From Candidatus Micrarchaeota archaeon CG1_02_49_24 (GTDB taxonomy: Archaea > Micrarchaeota > Micrarchaeia > Anstonellales > UBA8471): 42,136 nt of DNA. The position numbers and the translations under genes are program-made. The notes below the pieces were generated by a model. It was given only the letters and a program-made list of their open reading frames with translations, was not told where the DNA came from and made no database searches. This document shows, piece after piece, positions 25,402 to 33,654 of the stretch (positions are counted from its first letter, which is position 1; every line of letters begins with the position of its first letter). The stretch is taken from assembly GCA_001871535.1 (NCBI GenBank), contig MNVF01000048.1:1-42136 (forward strand), written 5' to 3'.

Positions 25402-26481
25402 ATGGCATTAATTGGGATGAAGAAAAAAGGGTCAAGCAAAATCGATTTTTTGGAAGAAGCATCGTTTGAAAAAGATAATAAAGAGGACTACCTGCATAAA
25501 ATTTTAGAAGAAAATCCGCTCCTCATTGTGTCGGAGATTTTTGATACGAAAGTTGTTCTTCTAAAAAGTAAATTTTCATTTTCATCTGGAGATGAAGCTG
25601 ACATGGTACTATGTGACGCCACAGGTGATCTGGTAATTGTAGAACTGAAAAGGGGGAGGGCGCCCAGGGACTCAATCGCCCAGCTTATGGATTACGCATC
25701 GCAAATCAGTAAGATGAGCATTGAAGAATTGCTGGTGCAGACGCGTTTTAGGGATATATCAGAGGTGATAACGGAGTTTGGCGTTGATGTCAATGAAAAC
25801 AAAGAAAATTTTGAGGAAACATTCAAAAAATCAATGGATAGCCCTAGATTGATGCTGGTTTCATACGATATTCCAGATGACATAAAACGAGTTGCTAAGT
25901 GGCTTAGGACAAAAGGCATAATGATTAATTGCGTGGAATTCGATTATTTCGCCAGTGGAGAGAATGAATTGTTTGTTCCCAAAGTAATCGGTTCAGATGA
26001 AACTGCGCAGATAATGGCAGAGTCCTTTACAAAAGCTGAGAAACTCAATTTTGATTACACCAGCCTCTTGATACGTGCTTTCAAGGATAAAAAACCAGGA
26101 ATTACTAACAGAGAAGGAACGCATGGTAATTGGATGGGGTTGCCTGCAGGGTATAATGATGTTCATTTTGAATGGCACCTGAAAGGAAGAAGACCTAATA
26201 AGGAAATTCAGGTATGCCTAGATTTTGAGAATGATGACAAAAATATAAATCAGCAACGCTTGGAACAATTTAAGCAGATGGAACGGCAATTCGAAGAAAA
26301 AATCGGTGAGAAACTCGATTTTATCCCTCACGGAAGAAACTGGATGCGTGTCTGCGCTAAAAGGCCGGTGGAAACGCTGGAAAAAGCAAAGGAAGATGAT
26401 AACTTGAATTGGGCAGTAGACACTATGGTTAAGTTCTATGAAGTCCTAAAGCCAGAACTTGACAGAATAATGGCTAAATAG
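25402..26481 (+). CDS. NucS/DUF91-like PD-(D/E)xK nuclease domain protein with DUF4268-like C-terminal region
   Basis: GDEADMVLCDATGDLVIVELKRGRAPRDSIAQLMDY gives D...E-L-K...Q-x-x-x-Y. The C-terminal half is recalled as DUF4268-like (NWMGLPAGYNDVHFEWHL). A/T-rich. Confidence 0.6.
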   Translation: MALIGMKKKGSSKIDFLEEASFEKDNKEDYLHKILEENPLLIVSEIFDTKVVLLKSKFSFSSGDEADMVLCDATGDLVIVELKRGRAPRDSIAQLMDYASQISKMSIEELLVQTRFRDISEVITEFGVDVNENKENFEETFKKSMDSPRLMLVSYDIPDDIKRVAKWLRTKGIMINCVEFDYFASGENELFVPKVIGSDETAQIMAESFTKAEKLNFDYTSLLIRAFKDKKPGITNREGTHGNWMGLPAGYNDVHFEWHLKGRRPNKEIQVCLDFENDDKNINQQRLEQFKQMERQFEEKIGEKLDFIPHGRNWMRVCAKRPVETLEKAKEDDNLNWAVDTMVKFYEVLKPELDRIMAK

Positions 26482-26491
26482 GGTAATTTCC

Positions 26492-27850
26492 ATGGTCTCT
26501 CTAACCTTTTACGGCGGCGCGAACGAAATCGGCGGCAATAAAATCCTCCTTGAGGACAAGGGCGCCAGAATCTACCTTGACTTCGGCCAGAGCTTCAGCT
26601 TCGGCGAGGATTATTTCTACGACTGGCTGCAGCCAAGGAGCGCACACGGCCTGGAAGTGTATTTCGAGTTCGGCATGCTGCCCAAGGTGCCAAGGCTTTA
26701 CAACAAAGCCATGCTTGAAAAAACTGACTTGGAATACGAAAAGCCCGACATTGACGCGGTATTCATCTCGCACTCGCACTCTGACCACGTGAACCATCTG
26801 CCATTCATTGACGAATCCATCCCTGTTTACATGGGCCACGGCACCCATAAATTGCTTGAGACATACCACACGCTTTACCCACAATTCAGCGACATAGGCG
26901 AACACGCCAATCTCAACCTCTTCAAGTCAGGGGATATAATACAAGTCAAACACCTGGTAATCGAGCCTATCCATGTGGAGCATTCGGTGCCGGGAGCCTA
27001 CGGGTTCATAGTCCATACCAGCAAGGGGCCGCTAATCTATACAGGAGATTTGCGCATGCACGGTCCGCAATGCGAAATGACAAAGGAATTCGTGGAAAAG
27101 TCCGCGGCCTGCAAGCCCTATGCCATGCTCGTAGAAGGCACGAGGATGGGCTATGGGCAGCATCATAACTTCACCGAGGCGGAAGTGGAAAAGGAAGTTG
27201 AGCAGAAAATAAAGGCATCCAATGGGCTTGTATTCGGCTATTTTGCCATGTCCAATGTGGACAGGTTCATGTCATTCTACCGCGCAACCGTGAAGAACGG
27301 GCGGAAGCTGGTGATTGACACCAGGCATGCATATATTATTGATAAGCTGAGGGAGAAAATCCCTGCGCTGCCGGACGTGATGGCTGACTGGAATATCCTG
27401 GTTTATTACAGACAGGCAAAGAGCGGCACCTACAAGGAAACGGATTACTACAATTATGAGCGCAAATTCATGCCCAAAATGATAACCCACAAGGAAATTG
27501 CAAAAAGCCAGAAGGAGTTCGTGATGCACATGAGCTTCAACAAGCTGATGGAACTGGTTTACATCCAGCCGAAGAATGCAGACTATATCTATTCGTCATC
27601 CGAGCATTTCCTGGAAGGCGAGGAGAATGAGGAGGAAAAGAGGGTGCTTGACAACTGGATGCGGCATTTCGGGGTGGCTTTTCACAAAGCACACTGCTCA
27701 GGCCATGCGAGCAGGCAGGACTTGGAGGATATGGTGAAGAAAATCAATCCGAAGGTGCTTATCCCCATCCATACGCAGAATGCCGGGGATTTCAAGGGGA
27801 TGCATTCAAATGTGTGGATACCTGAAAAAGAAAAGAGAATGGAGATATAA
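26492..27850 (+). CDS. rnj: Archaeal-type RNase J (MBL / beta-CASP ribonuclease)
   Basis: FYGGANEIGGNKILL N-terminus, HSHSDH (HxHxDH), and C-terminal HCSGHASRQDL..PIHTQN beta-CASP motif C. ~450 aa. Confidence 0.8.
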   Translation: MVSLTFYGGANEIGGNKILLEDKGARIYLDFGQSFSFGEDYFYDWLQPRSAHGLEVYFEFGMLPKVPRLYNKAMLEKTDLEYEKPDIDAVFISHSHSDHVNHLPFIDESIPVYMGHGTHKLLETYHTLYPQFSDIGEHANLNLFKSGDIIQVKHLVIEPIHVEHSVPGAYGFIVHTSKGPLIYTGDLRMHGPQCEMTKEFVEKSAACKPYAMLVEGTRMGYGQHHNFTEAEVEKEVEQKIKASNGLVFGYFAMSNVDRFMSFYRATVKNGRKLVIDTRHAYIIDKLREKIPALPDVMADWNILVYYRQAKSGTYKETDYYNYERKFMPKMITHKEIAKSQKEFVMHMSFNKLMELVYIQPKNADYIYSSSEHFLEGEENEEEKRVLDNWMRHFGVAFHKAHCSGHASRQDLEDMVKKINPKVLIPIHTQNAGDFKGMHSNVWIPEKEKRMEI

Positions 27851-27937
27851 TTGAAGTATTTGTTTATTGCTGACTTTTCCAATAATAAGGCTTTTAAACT
27901 TATAATCCTATAATAAATTCATATCAATTAATAACAA

Positions 27938-28228
27938 ATGGCGATAACTATGGCTCAAAGCACTCAAATGATGGAATTCGCGCATTCCCCTACGTTAAAT
28001 ACTGTCATCATGGTTGAAAATGCGCTTGAAAAAGCTAAAGATAGCGTTATTACTATCGCTCAGCTGAAGCGCATGCTTCCCAAGCAGGTCAACCACAATA
28101 CCCTGAAGGCAATCCTCATGTATCTTGAGGAAAGCAATAAGATAGGCGTAACTATCAAGGGCATTACCTGGATTCATAACGCCAATCCTAACCTACGGAA
28201 TGCGATTGCGCTGGGCCTAGAAATATGA
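27938..28228 (+). CDS. Small wHTH-like hypothetical protein
   Basis: 96 aa. ITIAQLKRMLPKQVNHNTLKAILMYLEESNKIGV resembles a winged-helix fold. A/T-rich promoter region at 27851-27937. Confidence 0.45.
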   Translation: MAITMAQSTQMMEFAHSPTLNTVIMVENALEKAKDSVITIAQLKRMLPKQVNHNTLKAILMYLEESNKIGVTIKGITWIHNANPNLRNAIALGLEI

Positions 28229-28254
28229 AAGCCGTTGCCCGGTCGCAGGTGAAC

Positions 28255-29172
28255 TCAGCCAACGGCATCCAGATAAATATCTAACGCCTGCCCGGCATCC
28301 TTTGCAACCAGCATGGAAAGCGGGCGGAAATCGCCTTTGTCTGCCTTTTCAAGCGCAGAATAGTATGCACGGCGCTCTTCCCTTCTCAGAATTGTTGGGG
28401 GAAACCCTGCACGCATAAGGCGCAAGTTCATCAATAAGCGCGCCAGCCTGCCGTTCCCGTCAATGAACGGGTGGATTCTGACGCATTCGTGGTGTATTTT
28501 GACCGAGGAATAAATCGCTTCTATGCCTCTGCGTTTGTCATTTAGTTCGGAATAGACTCCCTTCATCAGCTCCGGCACCTTGCGCCAGTTCGGAAGAACT
28601 ACTTTCGAGCCTTGGATGAAAACCTGCTCGTGGCGGTAAAAGCCTGCGTTATTGGGGCTGATTTTGTCAAGAATTACTGCGTGGAGATTAAGCACATCCA
28701 TCTCAGTTATTCCCTTTTTCCCATCTGCCATTTTCTCAAGCAGGCCTATTGCCTCTGCGTGGTTGGTCGCCTCCAGGTGCTCATTCACAGACTTGCCGCG
28801 TATCGTCATGCCCTTGCGGAGAACAAGCCAGGTTTCTCGCAGTGAGAGGCGGTTTCCCTCTATTGCGTTGGAGTGGTAAGTCATATCGACCTCGAATTTT
28901 TCACGGAGGCGGTTTACCATCTCTGGGGAAAGCGGGCGCAGCTTGTTTAGCCGCTCCAGCTTGCCTTCGAGTGCTTTTGCCAGGTGTTCGTCAATCCATG
29001 TGCCATTGCCTGCGTTAAATTCAATGCCAGTTTTTTTTGCGTATTCTTCAGCCTCGGCAGCACTTGGGAAATATTCGAGGACGTTCTGCTTCACCTTGCC
29101 ATCTTCCCGCCTATTTTCAACTAGTTCATAGTAGTAGGTGTTGCCTCTTGCCCTTCGCCGGATGAATGCCAT
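28255..29172 (-). CDS. Fic/DOC family protein (AMPylase-type)
   Basis: HPFIDGNGRLARLLMN matches the HxFx(D/E)GNGRxxR active-site motif. Confidence 0.9.
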   Translation of the reverse strand: MAFIRRRARGNTYYYELVENRREDGKVKQNVLEYFPSAAEAEEYAKKTGIEFNAGNGTWIDEHLAKALEGKLERLNKLRPLSPEMVNRLREKFEVDMTYHSNAIEGNRLSLRETWLVLRKGMTIRGKSVNEHLEATNHAEAIGLLEKMADGKKGITEMDVLNLHAVILDKISPNNAGFYRHEQVFIQGSKVVLPNWRKVPELMKGVYSELNDKRRGIEAIYSSVKIHHECVRIHPFIDGNGRLARLLMNLRLMRAGFPPTILRREERRAYYSALEKADKGDFRPLSMLVAKDAGQALDIYLDAVG

Positions 29173-29263
29173 GCTAGCTTGTAGTGGCGAAGATTATTTA
29201 AATATATAGGTTTATTCTCACCACTACACAAACGGGCTATGGCGCCATGGGAGCGGGATGCTG

Positions 29264-29713
29264 TTAAGCGCCTTTCGGATACAGATATTTCTTATTGTCT
29301 TCATACACTTTTTTTCCATACCAGTAAATCTCAAGCGCTTTCTTTGCCGCTTTCAGCTCTTCCTTATCCTCTGAGATGAGCGCTATCATACCGTTAAAGG
29401 AATCAGGGAGCTTTTTTGCCAGTTTAAGCGTATCAACTGCGGGAAAGCGGGCATAATCACGCTTGCCTTTTTCAGTGATAATCGTGCTAATAGCAAGTTT
29501 TGAGGCGCATTTGAGCTGTTTCGCAGTCAGCGAGGCACCAACATATCCTACGCACCCCAAATTATACGCATCAATCAAATCATTGAGCTTTTTGCATTCT
29601 CTCTCAGAACATTTGCAATCATTCAGTGCAAGCTCCACGAAATCAAACGACAGTTCCCCGGCTAGCTTGATGTTCTTTTCAAAATCTGAGGAAATATGCA
29701 TGCCAATGAGCAT
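29264..29713 (-). CDS. Hypothetical protein (149 aa)
   Basis: Intact ORF. No motif recognised. Confidence 0.4.
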   Translation of the reverse strand: MLIGMHISSDFEKNIKLAGELSFDFVELALNDCKCSERECKKLNDLIDAYNLGCVGYVGASLTAKQLKCASKLAISTIITEKGKRDYARFPAVDTLKLAKKLPDSFNGMIALISEDKEELKAAKKALEIYWYGKKVYEDNKKYLYPKGA

Positions 29714-29920
29714 GAAATTATTGTAACCGTGACTGTTTAAAGAGATTAAGGTAGGCGCTAGCCATTAGCGTATGGATTCGATTTCAATCTTCTTGCCATT
29801 GACAATAAGGAAGTGCTGCTGTTCCTGTTGCGCCTGTGCTGGGCGCGGTTTCATGACCAGATTCTTGTCATTGGTTTCCATTGAATATCCCTTCGTTATA
29901 CTCTCCAACAGTTGATAAAT

Positions 29921-30145
29921 ATCAGATTTTACGAAGAGCCATCCGCCTGCGAAGCAGGCGGTATTGGCTCATTCGAAAATCAATTCTCCTTGCGAGGAGA
30001 AATCTCGACGGCTGCTGCCATCGAATTCTCGTGAATTTGAATTCGCCTGTTGGCGAATAGCTCTCGCATCCCATGGATGCTCGATGGCGTCTTGGCATTC
30101 ATCCCCGCACGAAGTGCGGGGTATTCTGCCAATTCACGATAAATA
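29921..30145 (+). repeat. Hairpin-rich structured repeat, copy 2 (full length, with two extra hairpins)
   Basis: atcagattttacgaagagcc. Closing helix 29924-29939/29966-29981. Hairpins ttctcct-tgcg-aggagaa (29984-30001), gacggc-tgct-gccatc, attcgcc-tgtt-ggcgaat (30041-30058) and gcatc-ccatg-gatgc (30066-30080). Cap ccccgcac-gaa-gtgcgggg (30103-30121). Confidence 0.7.
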
Positions 30146-30221
30146 TTGTGGTGGGATTATCGAGTGTGGTATCATGAATCTAAGATTTATATTCCATTGG
30201 TTTTTGTTTGGCTCACGTGGC

Positions 30222-31352
30222 TCACGCAAACTGAAGCGTGCTTGGAAAAACCAGAAGCATCAGTGCAAGAAACAGGAGAAGCGCGCCTGAGAGCAGATGG
30301 GCGAGCCTGATGTTTTTCTCGCCGGTATGTTTCAACGCTGAAACGCCTGAGATTGAGATGGCAAATACGAGCAGGTATCCGCTCATGGCTGCGAGCAGAT
30401 AGAGAAAACGATAGAGCTGAGCCTCTAGGGGGGAACGGGTTTGGCTGGCAAGCACGCGCCCAAACAAATCCGGCAGCCCTGACGAGCAAATGTATTCGAG
30501 GATGGTTACGCTGAATGCAAAAACTATGAGGAGTAAAAGGAGGGATTGGATTACAACGGGGTTGGCTATACCGGTGGGTGAAGTGCCGTTTCTTAGTGAG
30601 AGTAGGCCATAAATGCCAGCTCCGAGCGCGCCAAGCCCAAGAATCCATCTGCTGATTGGCAGATAGCCAATGAGAGAAAGGGGATTGAGCCAGCCTGCAA
30701 GCACCAGATAATAAATGAGTCCATAGGTGAGGAGAAAGGCTGCTGCCAGCAGGGCGAGGCTCTTCTGTTCGCGCACGAGCACAAATAGGGCAAGGATATA
30801 GACAACCACCCAGGTGGTGCAGGGGTTGAGCGCATCAAGGAAGCCTATTGATAGGGAAATCAGCGCAAGGGGCGAGCCGTTCAGGTTGGCTGCGCCGATG
30901 AGGGGCAGGGAGAGCACGAGCTCCTCGGCACGGACTGCCAGGCTTCCATGGCTGGCGGCAGTGCCTGTGGTTATTTCCCATGAGTCTGGGCAGAAATTTT
31001 CATGGCAGAAGTTGATGAGCGTCTCAAGCCGTGCGCCGGCCATATCTGAGTCCCAGCCGATGATTGTCTGGCCGCCCAGGAACATGCCAGGCGTGCCCTT
31101 TTTGTCAACCCCATGGGCATTGGAGAAATTCACAAAAAGCAAGGCATTCTCAGGGAAATGCCAGACTTCGAACTTTTCAATGGTGAGAAATGGATATTTT
31201 TGCCCGAGACCAGAGATGAACGGCTCGGCCGCAGCGCAATGGGGGCAGCCGTCGCCCCAGAAATAGTAGAGGGTGACATTATAGCTGGCAGCTGCAAATG
31301 CCGCACTGGCAAAGATTGCTAAAAGAAATATAAAAAAAAGTTTCAGTTTCAT
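30222..31352 (-). CDS. Secreted thioredoxin-like domain fused to a DsbD/CcdA-type membrane domain
   Basis: Signal peptide, WGDGCPHCAAAEPF (CxxC), then multiple TM helices including LDALNPCTTWVV (CcdA NPC motif). Confidence 0.75.
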   Translation of the reverse strand: MKLKLFFIFLLAIFASAAFAAASYNVTLYYFWGDGCPHCAAAEPFISGLGQKYPFLTIEKFEVWHFPENALLFVNFSNAHGVDKKGTPGMFLGGQTIIGWDSDMAGARLETLINFCHENFCPDSWEITTGTAASHGSLAVRAEELVLSLPLIGAANLNGSPLALISLSIGFLDALNPCTTWVVVYILALFVLVREQKSLALLAAAFLLTYGLIYYLVLAGWLNPLSLIGYLPISRWILGLGALGAGIYGLLSLRNGTSPTGIANPVVIQSLLLLLIVFAFSVTILEYICSSGLPDLFGRVLASQTRSPLEAQLYRFLYLLAAMSGYLLVFAISISGVSALKHTGEKNIRLAHLLSGALLLFLALMLLVFPSTLQFA

Positions 31353-31365
31353 GTTACCATCCAGT

Positions 31366-31995
31366 TCATTTCATATATGCCTTTTTGATGGTTATATCCT
31401 GTACTGGCCAGTCGCTGTTAGGCCCGCGGTTCCCAGTCTGTGATTTGGCAATGACATTCATCACATCTATGCCAGTGGTTACCTTGCCGAATACCGCATA
31501 GCCGGGGTTATTGGGCGCATAGTTCAGGAAAGTGTTGTCAGCCACGTTTATGAAAAACTGGCAGGTGGCGCTGTTCGGGTCATTGGTGCGGGCCATGGCA
31601 ACCGTGCCAATCTCATTTTTCAGGCCATTGCTGGATTCGAGCTTGATAGGCGCATTGGTGGGCTTCTGGGTGCCGTCTGCAGTGAACCCGCCGCCCTGAA
31701 TCATAAAGCCTGGGATGACGCGGTGGAATACGGTGCCGTCATACTGCCCGGATTTTACATAGCTGATGAAATTTGCCACGGTGGCAGGCGCCTTCTCCCG
31801 GTTCAGTTCGATTTCAATGTTTCCCTTTGAGGTTTCAAGGATTGCAATATCTTTCATGGGCTCAACTCCGGTAGAAGTGTTTTTTTTGATTGAGGTGTTG
31901 ATTGATGCTGCTGGCTGGCTGTTGCCGGCACATCCGAACAGCAAAAATAAAATGGCAAATAAGCTAACAAATTTCAAGCCATCCATTCCCATCAC
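31366..31995 (-). CDS. Cyclophilin-type peptidyl-prolyl isomerase, lipoprotein-anchored
   Basis: FHRVIPGFMIQGGGF and GTVAMARTNDPNSATCQFFINV. N-terminal LLFGCAGN lipobox. Confidence 0.9.
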   Translation of the reverse strand: MMGMDGLKFVSLFAILFLLFGCAGNSQPAASINTSIKKNTSTGVEPMKDIAILETSKGNIEIELNREKAPATVANFISYVKSGQYDGTVFHRVIPGFMIQGGGFTADGTQKPTNAPIKLESSNGLKNEIGTVAMARTNDPNSATCQFFINVADNTFLNYAPNNPGYAVFGKVTTGIDVMNVIAKSQTGNRGPNSDWPVQDITIKKAYMK

Positions 31996-32003
31996 ACCTC
32001 AAT

Positions 32004-33614
32004 TCAACTGGCTGTTATATTCAGCCTCACCACATTGTTATTTTCATTCGATTCGGTTATGTTGTTCCAGAAATCAATCCACGCCTCAAACCTGTAGAGC
32101 CCGGCGCGTGAAGCCGTGAACGGAATTATATTATGACCCTGGTTGCCTGCGCGGGTGATAACTACATTTGATGTGTTCAGGAGCGCCCATTGGCTCTCGC
32201 CTGGCTGCATCCACAGTATCCAGTTCGTGTGCCTGCCTGCCTCAAGCGTGCCGATATTGTTGGTCGCCACGTCTATGTAATAGCGATTGCCTGTCCTTAG
32301 GGTCAGCTCCCTGTAGGAGCCGCGGGTGGAATTGAGTAGGGATATCACGATGGGATGCAGGTCTGGAAGGCCGGATTGCCTGGTGGTCAGAGATGCTTCG
32401 AGCGCGTTGTTGTTTTCGTTTGTTTCTGCGAATATGTTGCGCTCATCAATCACCACTCTGAACTCATATCTGCCAGCTTCTGCAGGCATGAAGGTCCAGC
32501 CGACATCAACTGCGCGGCCATTGCCGGAAGAGGGGAAGCGGCCGTAGAGTGCCCTGTCAGTGAGCACGTCCCAGGATTGGCTTCTGGGTCCTTTCCAATA
32601 GATGGTGGGCTCGATGGGCGCAGAATCCGGTTGGCTGTTGACAACTGAGGCGTTCACCCAATAGCGCAGGCCAGTGGTTGCAGGGGACGGCGCAGCAGTG
32701 CCATCTGAATCCAGGAAGCGTATGCTCCTGACAGCAAAATCAACCCTTGGCTGGTTAACTACACTGATCGAGGCAGTGCGCACGTTGTTGCTCTCATTGG
32801 TTTCGCAGATGGCGTTTTCCTCATCAAGAGCCACCTTTAATTCGTACCTGCCTGGCGTGGTGGGGGTGAACTCCTTCCTGAGCTGGTATACCTGGTTGTC
32901 TGACATGGAGCTATGCATCTGGCGTTCACCCAGGGGCTGCCAGCTTCCGCCCGGCGCTTTGATATAGAATCGGATGGAATATTGCTTGCCGCGGGCATCA
33001 GGCCCCTTATGCATGAAATGGGCTGTGATGTTATAGGACTTGTTTATGGTAATGTTGCGTGCCCAGGCGTTTGCAATTATTGGCAGGTCAACCTCCAGGA
33101 TATAGGGATAATAGTCAAGGGTTTCGGCACAGGCAGGAGTGGTTGGAGTGATGATGGTCAAATTAACCCTGGGTATTATGATTGGGCTGATGGGGGTTGG
33201 AATGGAGCTTTTTTTGGAGCTTGGGTAGAATGCGCTGACGCTCAGGATGTCTGTGCTCCTGCAGGCGCCCGTGGATGAGATGCAGGATTCAGTGCCGTCC
33301 TCGGAAACCAGTAATACATTGGTGAGGGATTGGTCGACGTAGGCTTTGCCGCGCCAGAGTGTGCCATTATAGGTTATGGTGCCGTTCAAGGAGCAGAGCG
33401 GCTTGTTGGTGCCTGCGGTCTGGCCAACTACCTCCAGGTCAGCACTGACATTGTCTCCGTAACCTGCCTGCTGCAAATAGGTGTTTATGATGGGGTTCAC
33501 GACCTGCTTGGTGCACCAGAGGGAATTGACCTGCTCTGAGGTGCAACCGAATAGCAGAAGCGCAGTAAACAAAAGAAACATAATTTGCCAGGGATTGTGG
33601 TTCAAGGAGAGCAT
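32004..33614 (-). CDS. Secreted/lipoprotein surface protein with CARDB-like repeats
   Basis: LLLFGCTSE lipobox. Recurrent ..Y.(F/L).V.(I/L)D........E(T/S)NE(N/S)NN modules (ETNESNNV, ETNENNNA, ESNENNNV). Confidence 0.7.
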   Translation of the reverse strand: MLSLNHNPWQIMFLLFTALLLFGCTSEQVNSLWCTKQVVNPIINTYLQQAGYGDNVSADLEVVGQTAGTNKPLCSLNGTITYNGTLWRGKAYVDQSLTNVLLVSEDGTESCISSTGACRSTDILSVSAFYPSSKKSSIPTPISPIIIPRVNLTIITPTTPACAETLDYYPYILEVDLPIIANAWARNITINKSYNITAHFMHKGPDARGKQYSIRFYIKAPGGSWQPLGERQMHSSMSDNQVYQLRKEFTPTTPGRYELKVALDEENAICETNESNNVRTASISVVNQPRVDFAVRSIRFLDSDGTAAPSPATTGLRYWVNASVVNSQPDSAPIEPTIYWKGPRSQSWDVLTDRALYGRFPSSGNGRAVDVGWTFMPAEAGRYEFRVVIDERNIFAETNENNNALEASLTTRQSGLPDLHPIVISLLNSTRGSYRELTLRTGNRYYIDVATNNIGTLEAGRHTNWILWMQPGESQWALLNTSNVVITRAGNQGHNIIPFTASRAGLYRFEAWIDFWNNITESNENNNVVRLNITAS

Positions 33615-33654
33615 AGTTAGTTATTTCATGAAAAGGTTAATAATTTCACCTTCA

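Noticed and set aside
29765-29881. 38-aa minus-strand ORF (METNDKNLVMKPRPAQAQQEQQHFLIVNGKKIEIESIR*) next to repeat copy 2
   Set aside because: It is too short, has no clear ribosome-binding or TATA context and matches no recognisable family. It is not reported as a feature.
29964-30648. Track ORFs 29964-30290 (+) and 30187-30648 (-)
   Set aside because: The first translates repeat copy 2. The second is out of frame inside the thioredoxin-DsbD gene.
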